From an uncultured Faecalibacterium sp. (GTDB lineage: Bacteria; Bacillota; Clostridia; Oscillospirales; Ruminococcaceae), in NCBI GenBank assembly GCA_900540455.1, contig UQGD01000003.1, positions 28,325-92,324 of the forward strand: 64,000 bases of DNA, in the 5' to 3' direction. The translations under genes were made by a program, and so were the position numbers. How positions within the stretch are numbered: position 1 is the stretch's first letter; each line of letters opens with the position of its first letter. Of the stretch, positions 19,732-29,047 are shown one piece after another. The notes beneath the pieces were generated by a model. That model was not told where the DNA came from and made no database searches. It was given only the letters and a program-made list of their open reading frames with translations.

Positions 19732-20772
19732 ATGGAACAAAAACGCTGCATATCCTCCCTGACGCTGGAGGAGCTGGGCGCAGTGCTCAAGGAGCTGGGA
19801 CAGCCCGCTTTCCGGGCAAAGCAGATCTTCCACTGGCTGCACCAAAAGCTGGTGACGGATTTTTCTGCGATGACGGACCAGCCCAAAGCCCTGCTGGAAA
19901 AGCTGGGGCAGGCTTATTATATCGCCGCCCCCCAGATCCAGCGCCGCCAGGAAGCCAAGGATGGTACGGTCAAGTACCTCCTGCGCATGGCGGACGGCAA
20001 CTGCATCGAAACGGTGGTCATGCGCTACCACTATGGCAATACGGTCTGCGTATCCACCCAGGTGGGCTGCCGGATGGGCTGCCGCTTCTGTGCATCCACC
20101 CAGGCGGGCCGGGTGCGCGACCTGGAGGCGGGAGAGATCTGCTCCGAGATCTATACAGCGCAGCGGGATATCGGGGAGCGCATCTCCCATATCGTGCTGA
20201 TGGGCATTGGCGAGCCGCTGGATAACTTTGACCAGGTGCTGAAATTCCTGCATCTGATCTCCTCCCCGGAGGGGGTCAATATCGGGATGCGGAATATCAG
20301 CCTGTCCACCTGTGGCCTGGTGCCGGGGATCGACCGGCTGGCGCAGCATAAATTGCAGCTTACCTTGTCGGTATCCCTGCATGCGCCCAACGACCAGATC
20401 CGCAGCGGCATGATGCCGGTGAACAACGCCTACCCGGTGGACCAGCTCATCAAGGCAGTGCGCCGCTATCAGGACACCACCGGCCGCCGGGTCAGCTTTG
20501 AATATTCCATGGTCCGGGGCGTCAATGATTCGGATGAATGTGCAAAACAGCTGGCAGACCTGATCCGGGGCATGGGTGCCCACGTAAACCTGATCCCCAT
20601 CAACCCGGTGGACGGCAGCCCCTATTCCGCCACCGATGCAGCCAATGTGCGCCGTTTTCAGCACAAGTTGGAGACCTTGGGGGTCAACGCCACCGTCCGC
20701 CGCCGTCTGGGCAGTGAGATCAGCGCCGCTTGCGGCCAGCTCCGCCGGGACGAGATGACGGGAAAGGCATAA
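19732..20772 (+). CDS. rlmN: 23S rRNA (adenine2503-C2)-methyltransferase, a radical SAM enzyme
   Basis: The radical SAM motif CRMGCRFC is present. Confidence 0.95.
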   Translation: MEQKRCISSLTLEELGAVLKELGQPAFRAKQIFHWLHQKLVTDFSAMTDQPKALLEKLGQAYYIAAPQIQRRQEAKDGTVKYLLRMADGNCIETVVMRYHYGNTVCVSTQVGCRMGCRFCASTQAGRVRDLEAGEICSEIYTAQRDIGERISHIVLMGIGEPLDNFDQVLKFLHLISSPEGVNIGMRNISLSTCGLVPGIDRLAQHKLQLTLSVSLHAPNDQIRSGMMPVNNAYPVDQLIKAVRRYQDTTGRRVSFEYSMVRGVNDSDECAKQLADLIRGMGAHVNLIPINPVDGSPYSATDAANVRRFQHKLETLGVNATVRRRLGSEISAACGQLRRDEMTGKA

Positions 20773-20793
20773 AAGGGAGGCAGAAAACAGCCT

Positions 20794-21555
20794 ATGAAAC
20801 TTGCAGGAAAAACCGATGTAGGCCGGGTGCGCCAGGATAACCAGGATGATTTCCGCGCAGGGGAACTGCCCGGCGGCGGAGCCTGGGGCCTGGTGTGCGA
20901 TGGCATGGGCGGTGCCCGGGGCGGCCGGGAGGCCTCCCATGGCGCCTGCGATATGATCGAGCGCAGCTTTCAGCAGCAGTACAGTCAGTGTATGCCCGGA
21001 GAGGAGGAGGCGTTTCTCCGCCGGGCAATGGTGGAGGCCAACCGCCAGGTGTTCCAGCGTGCATCGCAGGAGGAAGCGCTGGCCGGTATGGGCACCACCG
21101 CAGTCTGTGCCTTGGTGCGGGGCGGCCGTGCATTCCTTTGCCATGCAGGGGACTCCCGGGCGTATCTGTACCGGGAGGGCAGGCTGACCCAGCTGACCCA
21201 TGACCATTCCTATGTGCAGGAGCTGGTGGACTGCGGCACCATCACCCCGGAGGAGGCAGAGCATCACCCCCAAAAGAACATCATCACCCGGGCACTTGGG
21301 GTGGATTACCGCCTGGATCCGGACACAACGTCCCTGACGCTCCATCCGGGGGATCGGCTGCTGCTGTGCTCCGATGGGCTGACCAACCTTGTGCCGCAGC
21401 CTGCGCTGGAAAAGTTGCTGGCGGGCCGTCAGATCTTTTATGAACTGCCGGATCGCCTGATCGAAGCGGCAAATGCCGCCGGCGGCACGGACAATATCAC
21501 CGCGCTGCTGATGGATACAGAGCCGATGGAGGATGCCTATGGATCTGATCGGTAA
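20794..21555 (+). CDS. stp: PP2C-family Ser/Thr phosphatase
   Basis: The product begins MKLAGKTDVGRVRQDNQD and contains GMGG and DSRAYL motifs. Confidence 0.9.
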   Translation: MKLAGKTDVGRVRQDNQDDFRAGELPGGGAWGLVCDGMGGARGGREASHGACDMIERSFQQQYSQCMPGEEEAFLRRAMVEANRQVFQRASQEEALAGMGTTAVCALVRGGRAFLCHAGDSRAYLYREGRLTQLTHDHSYVQELVDCGTITPEEAEHHPQKNIITRALGVDYRLDPDTTSLTLHPGDRLLLCSDGLTNLVPQPALEKLLAGRQIFYELPDRLIEAANAAGGTDNITALLMDTEPMEDAYGSDR

Positions 21556-23404
21556 AACACTGGATGGACTGTACCAGGTGCAGGAGATGATCGGCACCGG
21601 CGGTATGGCCAATGTCTATAAAGCAGTGGCAGTGGCTCCCGGCGGCCCGGTGCCCCAGGGTACCGTCGTAGCGGTCAAGGTGCTGCGCTCGGAGCTGATG
21701 CACGACCCGGATCTGGTGCGCCGGTTCCAGAACGAGTCCAAGGCTATTTCGCTTTTGAATCACCCCAATATCGTAAAAGTGTACGATGTATCGGTCACAG
21801 ACCAGCTGCAGTACATCGTAATGGAATATGTGGACGGCATGACCCTGCGCCAGTACCTGAACCAGCGCGGGGGCAAACTGACCAGCCGGGAGACGGTGCA
21901 TTTCATCTCCCAGATCCTCAAGGCGCTGGAGCATGCCCACCGCAACGGCATCGTCCACCGGGACATCAAGCCCCAGAATATCATGCTGCTGGATAATGGC
22001 CAGCTGCGGATGATGGACTTTGGCATTGCACGCATCTCCCGGGCCGAAAACCAGCTCAATGGCGGCAAAGCGATGGGCAGTGTACACTACATCAGCCCGG
22101 AGCAGGCGAAAGGAGAGGAGACCGACTGCACCAGCGACCTGTATTCGGTGGGCGTGATGATGTACGAGATGCTCTCCGGTCAGCTGCCCTTTGACGCAAA
22201 GGATGCGGTGGATGTGGCCTTGCAGCAGATCTCTGAGAAGCCGCGCTCCCTGCGGGAGATCGCTCCGCAGACCCCGCTGGGCCTGGTGGAGATCACCGAG
22301 CGGGCTATGGCCAAAAATCCGGTCAACCGCTATGCCAATGCAGGGGAGATGCTGGACGCATTGGACCGCTATGTCCATGACCCGTCCATCACCTTCCATT
22401 ATGTTTATCAGCCAGAACAGGCTCCTGCAAAGGAGGTACAAAAGCCCATGGAACAAAAAAGAGACCGCCGCCAGCCGGATACCAGCTCGGCCCGCCGGCA
22501 GAAAAAGCCCGCTAAAAAGCGTCGCTCTGTTTTTCTGCCCGTGCTGCTGGGCATTACAGTGGCCTTTGCCCTGGCCTGCGGCGCCATGTGCTGGAGCATC
22601 CTGCAGGACTCCAGCAACCTGATGAACGAAAAGACCGATGTTACCCTGGGCGACTACCTGGGGATGACCCGGGACGAGGTGAATGCCCAGCCCCAGGTCA
22701 CCAGCGGACAGATCCTCATCCAGTGGGAAGAGGAGTATAACAACGACTATGCAGCGGGCTACGTCTATCGCCAGTCGCCGGTGTCCGGCCGTACCGTGCG
22801 GGAGGGGCAGACCATCACCCTGACGGTCAGCCTTGGCACAAAATATATCACGGTGCCGGACCTTGCCAACTATCTGCAGACCGATGCAGAGCGTCTGCTG
22901 CGGGAGCAGGGCGTCTCGGTGCTGGTCACCCAGGCAGTGGAGCCTTCGGTAGCCACGGGGTCGGTCATCCGCACCGAGCCTGCAGCGGGCAGCCAGGTGG
23001 CAGCGGGCACGACAGTCATTGTGTATGTCAGCCGTCCGCAGGTAAATACCAGCACCCGTGTACCTGCCCTGGAGGGCATGGATGTCAACGATGCCCGCAC
23101 CCTGCTGGTGCAGAACCGCCTGGGCCTGGGCAGCCAGACCGAACAGTACAGCGATACGCCTCCGGGCACCGTGCTCAGCCAGAGCCCGGAAGCCGGCGCA
23201 TCGGTAAAGCTGAACAGCCGGATCAATGTGGTGGTCAGTGCCGGGCCGGAGCCTGCACCGGAACCGGAAGTCCCCACTACGCCGGAGGATTGGTGGAGCG
23301 GTCTGTTCGGCGGCGGGGCATCTTCCTCCCCGGCAGAGTCTGAAAGCGAACAGCCGTCCAGTACCCCCAGTCTCAGCGACTGGTGGGCTTCGCTGGTAGG
23401 CTGA
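21539..23404 (+). CDS. prkC: Ser/Thr protein kinase with three extracellular PASTA domains
   Basis: An intact kinase domain carries GTGGMANVYKA, HRDIKPQNI, DFG and APE. It is followed by a TM helix and three PASTA repeats. Confidence 0.9.
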   Translation: MDLIGKTLDGLYQVQEMIGTGGMANVYKAVAVAPGGPVPQGTVVAVKVLRSELMHDPDLVRRFQNESKAISLLNHPNIVKVYDVSVTDQLQYIVMEYVDGMTLRQYLNQRGGKLTSRETVHFISQILKALEHAHRNGIVHRDIKPQNIMLLDNGQLRMMDFGIARISRAENQLNGGKAMGSVHYISPEQAKGEETDCTSDLYSVGVMMYEMLSGQLPFDAKDAVDVALQQISEKPRSLREIAPQTPLGLVEITERAMAKNPVNRYANAGEMLDALDRYVHDPSITFHYVYQPEQAPAKEVQKPMEQKRDRRQPDTSSARRQKKPAKKRRSVFLPVLLGITVAFALACGAMCWSILQDSSNLMNEKTDVTLGDYLGMTRDEVNAQPQVTSGQILIQWEEEYNNDYAAGYVYRQSPVSGRTVREGQTITLTVSLGTKYITVPDLANYLQTDAERLLREQGVSVLVTQAVEPSVATGSVIRTEPAAGSQVAAGTTVIVYVSRPQVNTSTRVPALEGMDVNDARTLLVQNRLGLGSQTEQYSDTPPGTVLSQSPEAGASVKLNSRINVVVSAGPEPAPEPEVPTTPEDWWSGLFGGGASSSPAESESEQPSSTPSLSDWWASLVG

Positions 23405-23417
23405 CAGGGGGAACAGC

Positions 23418-24299
23418 ATGAACGGATATATCCTCAAGGGCATCGGCGGCTTTTACTACGTCCGCACGCCGGATGGCGTGGTGGAATGTAAGCCCCGGGG
23501 CCTGTTCCGCAAGCAGAAGATCACCCCTGTGGCGGGAGATGAAGTGACGTTGGAGATGGAGAATGGCGCAGCGGTGATCGCTGCCATTGCTCCGCGAAAA
23601 AATGTCTTTGTCCGTCCGCCGGTGGCAAACCTGGATGTGCTGTTCCTGGTGGCCAGCACGACCCAGCCCACCCCCAGTACGCTGGTGCTGGATAAGCTGT
23701 CCGCCATCGCAGTGGATAAGGGGGTGCAGCCGGTGATCGTCTGCACCAAGGGCGATCTGTCCGAGACTGCCTTTTTGCAGCAGGCCTACGCACATTCGAC
23801 GCTGCCGGTGATCTGTGTGGACTATGCCACCGGCGCAGGGCTGGAGGAACTGAAAACCTGGATCAGCGGGCGTCTGTGCGCCTTTTGCGGCAACTCGGGC
23901 GTGGGCAAGTCTACTTTGCTGAACGCCCTTGTGCCGGAGCTGGCGCAGCAGACGGGCGAGATCAGCCAAAAATTAGGCCGTGGCCGCCATACCACCCGGG
24001 AAGTGACCATCTTTGAGGCCTTTGGAGGCCGCATTGCAGACACGCCGGGCTTTGCCAGCCTGGAGGCTGGCCGGGCTGGCTTTATCCCGAAGGAAAATCT
24101 GGAGCAGGTGTTTCCGGAGTTTGGGCCATACTTGGGCAAGTGCCAGTTTACAGGCTGCTCTCACCGCAGCGAAAAAGGCTGTGCGGTCCGGGCTGCTGTG
24201 GAGGCAGGGGAACTTTCCCCCAGCCGGTACGCCAGTTACTGCGCTATGTATGATGAGGTCAAGGACGTCAAAGACTGGCAGCGCAGACCAATGATGTAA
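23418..24299 (+). CDS. rsgA: Ribosome small-subunit-dependent GTPase A
   Basis: A P-loop GNSGVGKSTL is present, along with a C-terminal zinc knuckle CQFTGCSHRSEKGC. Confidence 0.95.
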   Translation: MNGYILKGIGGFYYVRTPDGVVECKPRGLFRKQKITPVAGDEVTLEMENGAAVIAAIAPRKNVFVRPPVANLDVLFLVASTTQPTPSTLVLDKLSAIAVDKGVQPVIVCTKGDLSETAFLQQAYAHSTLPVICVDYATGAGLEELKTWISGRLCAFCGNSGVGKSTLLNALVPELAQQTGEISQKLGRGRHTTREVTIFEAFGGRIADTPGFASLEAGRAGFIPKENLEQVFPEFGPYLGKCQFTGCSHRSEKGCAVRAAVEAGELSPSRYASYCAMYDEVKDVKDWQRRPMM

Positions 24300-24310
24300 G
24301 GAGGAAAAGG

Positions 24311-24949
24311 ATGTCCCGTTGTGTGATCCTTTCGGCCTGTCCGGTTCCGCCGGAGCTGGCTGGACTGCTTCGTGCCGATGACTTTATCATTGCCTGCGAT
24401 GCTGGGTATCAGAACTGTGCCCGGCTGGGCCGCCGCCCGGATATCATTGTGGGCGATTTCGACTCAGCGCCTTGTCCGCCGCAGACGGGGGAGGTGGTGG
24501 TGCTTCCGCATGTCAAGGACGATACCGACACAGAATACGCCGCCCGCCTTGCAGCCGAAAAAGGCTTTGACGAGGTGCTACTGTTGGGCGGCCTTGGGGG
24601 ACGCAGGGTGGAGCACACCTTTGCAAACCTGGGCACCGGCCTGGGGCTGGAAAAACGGGGCCTGCGGGCTACTCTGCAAAACGAGCGCAGCCGCATTACC
24701 TATGTGCTGCCGGGCCAGACCCGCCGCTATCCGAAGGAAGCGTTTTTCTACCTTTCGGTATTCCCGCTGGAAGGCCGTGCCGAAGGAGTGTATGAGCGTG
24801 GCTCTTTCTATGAGCTGACCGATGCAGTCCTTACGATGGATTACCCTTTGGGGGTCAGCAATGAGTATGCCCCCGGCTCCGACTGCATCACCATCTCGGT
24901 GCGCACGGGTGCGCTGCTGGTGGTGGAAACTCTCCCGGATAACGAGTAA
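24311..24949 (+). CDS. thiN: Thiamine pyrophosphokinase
   Basis: The TPK catalytic domain contains IACDAGY and VGDFDS. Confidence 0.85.
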   Translation: MSRCVILSACPVPPELAGLLRADDFIIACDAGYQNCARLGRRPDIIVGDFDSAPCPPQTGEVVVLPHVKDDTDTEYAARLAAEKGFDEVLLLGGLGGRRVEHTFANLGTGLGLEKRGLRATLQNERSRITYVLPGQTRRYPKEAFFYLSVFPLEGRAEGVYERGSFYELTDAVLTMDYPLGVSNEYAPGSDCITISVRTGALLVVETLPDNE

Positions 24950-25010
24950 GCTGCACCTTTTTGCGTTCTGCCGCTATAATGGGGGTAGAACAAGGGAAAG
25001 GGTGAGTGGG

Positions 25011-25088
25011 ATGCAGGTCGTTGTGATCAAAAGCCCGAAATGTCTGTGCGGAGTTTTGCGCTGGATCTTCGGCATCCAAAAGAAGTAA
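25011..25088 (+). CDS. spoVM: Stage V sporulation protein M-like 25-aa peptide (unannotated small gene)
   Basis: The product MQVVVIKSPKCLCGVLRWIFGIQKK aligns with B. subtilis SpoVM, MKFYTIKLPKFLGGIVRAMLGSFRKD. A GGGAAAGGG RBS precedes it. A strong terminator follows, and sipL is immediately downstream. Confidence 0.6.
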   Translation: MQVVVIKSPKCLCGVLRWIFGIQKK

Positions 25089-25100
25089 AACGATCCGGAG

Positions 25101-25147
25101 CGCCGCCCCGGCTTTGCAGTACAGCAGAGCCGGGGCGGCTTTTTGTT
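25101..25147 (+). terminator. Rho-independent terminator after the spoVM-like gene
   Basis: The GC-rich stem gccgccccggct/agccggggcggc is followed by a TTTTTTG run. Confidence 0.7.
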
Positions 25148-25208
25148 CTAATGTGTGCGCAGCAGGAATAAAGTAGAGGGTAAGCGGACAGGAAAGGAGC
25201 GTACATTT

Positions 25209-26726
25209 ATGGAACTAAAGATCTTCCGGGATGCACTGCCGGCGGCAGGGGGCAGCTGTACCGTCAAGGCGGAGCTGCCGCTGGAGACCGAGATCCTGAT
25301 CTCGGACTACCTGCCACCGGTGTTCAAATTGGTAAAATGTTTTGCAAAGCCGGTGGTGCTGCAAAAACAGCTGCAGCCCGGGCGGCTGAGCTTGGAGGGG
25401 TACCTGCGCTGTATCGTCTATTACCAAGGGGAGGAGGGGGCGGGTCTGTGCCAGACCGAGCAAAAGCTCCCCTTTGAAAAATCCCTGGAACTGCCGGTAT
25501 TTGACTTTACAGCCTGGACGGCGGTCGTGGAAGGGGCGACCGAATATCTGAACTGCCGGGTGGTCAACCCCCGCCGCATCGAGGTCAGGGGCGCCTTTGG
25601 ACTGGTGGCGTCGGTGCGGGCGCAGGTCAAGACCGAGGTGATCACAGCGCTGTCAGATGGCGGGGTGGAGCAGCGGATGTGTACGCTGTCCGGCGTCAGG
25701 AGCGTGGCCGTGCAGGAAAAGCTCCTCACCGCAGAGGGGGAGCTGACCTTTCCCCGGCCCCCGGAAGCCATTTTGGATATCAGCGGGACCGCTGCCGTGC
25801 GGGAGGTCAAGCTGCTGGCAGGCAAAGCTGTGATCAAAGGGGAGCTGCAAGCCCAGTGCGCTTGGCGGGCAGAAGGCGAGCCTGGCCTGCAAAGCCAGGC
25901 AGTGACCCTGCCCTTCAATCAGGTGCTGGATGTGGAGGGCCTTACGGAGGAATGTCGGTGTTTGTGTGTGGTGGAGCCGGTGGGGTTCACCCTGGCACAA
26001 GGGGAGGGCGAGGCGACCAGCCTGACGGCTACCGCTATGCTGCACCTCCGGGCCTGGCGCAGTTTTCAGCTGCAATGCACCGCAGATGCCTTCTCTACAA
26101 AATATGAAGCCAGCCTGACCCCCCAGACTGTGCCGGTGGAGGGGCTTGCGTGTCTGCTGGAACAGAACGCCGTGGTCAGCGGTTCCGGGCCTTTGCCGGA
26201 TGCCGGGGCAAAGATCCTGGCCTGTTTTGCTTCGTTTAGCCCGGTCCAGATAAGCAGTCAGGGGGAGGGGTATGCCCTCACTGCCAAGGTCACCGCAACG
26301 GCATTTGCGGAGAATAGCCTGGGTGAGCTGGAAAGCTACGATAAAACCATGGACCTGTCGCTGCCGTTGGAGCTGGCTGCGCCGCCGGACAGTGAGTTCT
26401 ATCCGGAATGTTGGCTCTCGGCAGAAAATCTGCAATGCAGCTGCGCCGGGGGCACGTTGGAGGTGTCGGTAACGGTCCATGCGGAGGGGGCAGTGCTCAG
26501 CCGCAGCACCCAGACCTGTGTGGGTGCCATTGAGCTGGGGGAGCCACTGGCACCCGCAGACCCGGAGATCTCTCTGCGCATCTATTATGCCCAGACCGGC
26601 GAGGCGCTGTTTGATATTGCCCGGCATTACCATGTATCTCCGGGTCAGATGCTGGCGGCCAATCAGTTGGACCCTGCGGTCCAGATACTGGAGGAGCCCC
26701 GCCGCCTGCTGGTGCCGGGGGCCTGA
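25209..26726 (+). CDS. sipL: SipL-like spore coat morphogenetic protein (DUF3794 with a C-terminal LysM)
   Basis: A C-terminal LysM domain, LRIYYAQTGEALFDIARHYHVSPGQMLAANQL, is present. The large DUF3794-like body matches the Clostridial SipL architecture. An AAAGGAG RBS precedes the start. Confidence 0.65.
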   Translation: MELKIFRDALPAAGGSCTVKAELPLETEILISDYLPPVFKLVKCFAKPVVLQKQLQPGRLSLEGYLRCIVYYQGEEGAGLCQTEQKLPFEKSLELPVFDFTAWTAVVEGATEYLNCRVVNPRRIEVRGAFGLVASVRAQVKTEVITALSDGGVEQRMCTLSGVRSVAVQEKLLTAEGELTFPRPPEAILDISGTAAVREVKLLAGKAVIKGELQAQCAWRAEGEPGLQSQAVTLPFNQVLDVEGLTEECRCLCVVEPVGFTLAQGEGEATSLTATAMLHLRAWRSFQLQCTADAFSTKYEASLTPQTVPVEGLACLLEQNAVVSGSGPLPDAGAKILACFASFSPVQISSQGEGYALTAKVTATAFAENSLGELESYDKTMDLSLPLELAAPPDSEFYPECWLSAENLQCSCAGGTLEVSVTVHAEGAVLSRSTQTCVGAIELGEPLAPADPEISLRIYYAQTGEALFDIARHYHVSPGQMLAANQLDPAVQILEEPRRLLVPGA

Positions 26727-26749
26727 CCGCAAAAGGAGTGTGGCGCGGT

Positions 26750-26896
26750 ATGTTGTACTCTCTGTGGCTGACCCTGGCCTATCTGGGGCTGACGGCATTG
26801 TCCTTTTATATCCTGTACCGGGTCGTCAAAAAGGCGGTCAAGTCTGCGATCCTGGAATCCTGGAAGTACTGGCCGGGCTCTTCCCCCCGGGAATGA
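26750..26896 (+). CDS. Hypothetical 48-aa small membrane protein
   Basis: The product is MLYSLWLTLAYLGLTALSFYILYRVVKKAVKSAILESWKYWPGSSPRE. An AAAGGAG RBS lies 11 nt upstream. It is below the ORF-track size cut-off. Confidence 0.35.
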   Translation: MLYSLWLTLAYLGLTALSFYILYRVVKKAVKSAILESWKYWPGSSPRE

Positions 26897-26927
26897 CCCT
26901 TTGCCGCATTAAAGGATACCCACAAGA

Positions 26928-26977
26928 CAAAAAGTCTCTCTGCAAGCCGGTTCTGGCTCACAGAGAGACTTTTTTTG
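26928..26977. terminator. Bidirectional rho-independent terminator serving the sipL side and proA
   Basis: A 10-bp perfect stem, agtctctctg/cagagagact, is flanked by an A-run and a T-run. Confidence 0.7.
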
Positions 26978-26991
26978 CGGTTCAGACAGGC

Positions 26992-28254
26992 TCAGCGGAT
27001 CTGTCCGCTGCCATGGATGATGTATTTATAGCTGCACAACTCCTCCAGCCCCATGGGACCACGGGCGTGGAGCTTCTGGGTGGAGATGCCCATCTCGCAG
27101 CCCAGACCAAACTCACCGCCGTCGGTAAAGCGGGTGGAGCAGTTCACGTACACGGCGGCGCTGTCCACTGCTGCGGTAAACAGTGCGGCATGGCTTTCGT
27201 CCTGGGTCAGGATGGATTCACTGTGACCGGTGGAGTGCAGAGCGATATGCTCTATGGCCTGCTGGACGGTGTCCACCACCTTGACAGCCAGGATATAATC
27301 CAGAAATTCCGTGTCAAAATCCTTCTCATTGGCCGGTACACCGGGGATGATCCCGGCGGCGCGTTCATCCAGCCGCAGCTGTACGGGGGGCAGTCCTTGG
27401 GCGATGCGGTCTGCACCCAGTCTCTGGGCCAGGCGGGGCAGGAACAAGGGGGCAATGGCCTGGTGTACCAGGCAGACCTCCTCTGCATTGCAGACGCTGG
27501 GGCGGCTGGCCTTGGCATTCTCGATGATGTCCAGGGCGCGGTCCAGATCGGCACTTTCGTCCACAAAGATATGACAGATGCCGGTACCGGTCTGGATGCA
27601 GGGGACCTTGGCATTTTCCACACAAGCCCGGATCAATCCGGCGCCGCCACGGGGGATCAGCAGATCCACATAGCCCACAGCGGTCATCAGGGTGTTTGCA
27701 GAGGCGTGGGTGGTATCCTCCACCAGGCAGACCGCTGTCTCCGGCAGGCCGCTGGCCCGCACACCCTGCCGCAGTGCCTGAACGATGGCATGGGCCGAAC
27801 GCCAGGCTTCCTTGCCGCAGCGCAGCACACAGGCATTGCCGCTTTTCAGCGCCAAAGCCGCAGCATCGCTGGTCACATTGGGGCGGCTCTCGTAGATGAT
27901 GGCCACTACACCCATGGGGACGGCGGTCTTTTCGATCACCAAGCCGTTGGGGCGTTCGACCCGGCGCAGGACCTGGCCCACCGGGTCGGGCAGGGCGGCC
28001 ACTTCCCGGATGCCGCTGGCCATAGCCTGTACACGCTGGGTCGTCAGGGAAAGGCGGTCCAGCATCACATCGGTGATCTGCCCCCGGGCGGCTTCCATGT
28101 CGGCGGCATTGGCGGCAAGGATGGCGGCCAGGTTCTCCTCCTGGCACAGGGCATCGGCCATGCCCAGCAGCGCCCGGCGGCGGGTCTCGCTGTCCGCTAA
28201 AGCCACCGCGCGTTTGGCGGACCGAGCGGCAGATAGGATCTCTAGGGTGGTCAT
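26992..28254 (-). CDS. proA: Gamma-glutamyl phosphate reductase
   Basis: Full-length aldehyde dehydrogenase-family ProA homology is present. An AAGGAGGG RBS precedes the start. Confidence 0.95.
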   Translation of the reverse strand: MTTLEILSAARSAKRAVALADSETRRRALLGMADALCQEENLAAILAANAADMEAARGQITDVMLDRLSLTTQRVQAMASGIREVAALPDPVGQVLRRVERPNGLVIEKTAVPMGVVAIIYESRPNVTSDAAALALKSGNACVLRCGKEAWRSAHAIVQALRQGVRASGLPETAVCLVEDTTHASANTLMTAVGYVDLLIPRGGAGLIRACVENAKVPCIQTGTGICHIFVDESADLDRALDIIENAKASRPSVCNAEEVCLVHQAIAPLFLPRLAQRLGADRIAQGLPPVQLRLDERAAGIIPGVPANEKDFDTEFLDYILAVKVVDTVQQAIEHIALHSTGHSESILTQDESHAALFTAAVDSAAVYVNCSTRFTDGGEFGLGCEMGISTQKLHARGPMGLEELCSYKYIIHGSGQIR

Positions 28255-28257
28255 AGA

Positions 28258-29040
28258 TCAGCCCTCCTTCTTTTGGCGGCCTGCAAACCGGGTGCCGGCG
28301 CTGCGGCCCTCTGCAATGTCGTACAGCACCCGTGGGTCAGCGCCATTGGCAATGACCATATCGGCCCCTTTGGATGTGACCATCTGGGCAGCCCGGAGCT
28401 TGGTGGCCATGCCGCCGGTGCCCAGGGGCGAACCGGCGCCATCGGCCAGTGCCAGGATCTCCGGGGTGATCTGCTCAACCAGCGGGATCAGCTGTGCTTC
28501 CGGGTGGGTATGGGGGTTTGCGGTATAAAGCCCGTCGATATCGCTCAGCAGTACCAAAAGGTCAGCACGGGCGCAGCAGGTCACGATGGCTGCCAGGGTG
28601 TCGTTGTCGCCAATGGAGGTGATCTCATCGGTGGCGACCGAGTCGTTCTCATTGATGATGGGCAGCGCCCCCAGCTCCAGCAGACGGTGCAGCGTGTTCT
28701 CAAAATTGACCCGGCGGCTGTTGTGCTCTACGTCCACACCTGTAAGCAGGATCTGCGCCACAGTGTGATTGTAGGCGTTGAACAGACGGTCGTAGGTGTA
28801 CATCAGCTCGCACTGCCCCACAGCGGCGCAGGCTTGCTTGGAGGCCATGTCGGTAGGGCGTGCAGGCAGAGACAGTTTCCCGACGCCCATGCCAATGGCG
28901 CCAGAGGAGACCAGGATCACCTCATGTCCGGCGTTTTTCAGATCGCTCAGCACCTTTACCAGCCCTTCCGTATGGCGGATGTTCATCCGTCCGGTGGGAT
29001 AGGCCAGGGTAGAGGTGCCTACTTTTACAACAATACGCAT
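28258..29040 (-). CDS. proB: Glutamate 5-kinase (short form, no PUA domain)
   Basis: The product begins MRIVVKVGTSTL and contains VSSGAIGMG. The start was chosen at the internal ATG to avoid overlap with proC. Confidence 0.85.
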   Translation of the reverse strand: MRIVVKVGTSTLAYPTGRMNIRHTEGLVKVLSDLKNAGHEVILVSSGAIGMGVGKLSLPARPTDMASKQACAAVGQCELMYTYDRLFNAYNHTVAQILLTGVDVEHNSRRVNFENTLHRLLELGALPIINENDSVATDEITSIGDNDTLAAIVTCCARADLLVLLSDIDGLYTANPHTHPEAQLIPLVEQITPEILALADGAGSPLGTGGMATKLRAAQMVTSKGADMVIANGADPRVLYDIAEGRSAGTRFAGRQKKEG

Positions 29041-29047
29041 TGCGTTT

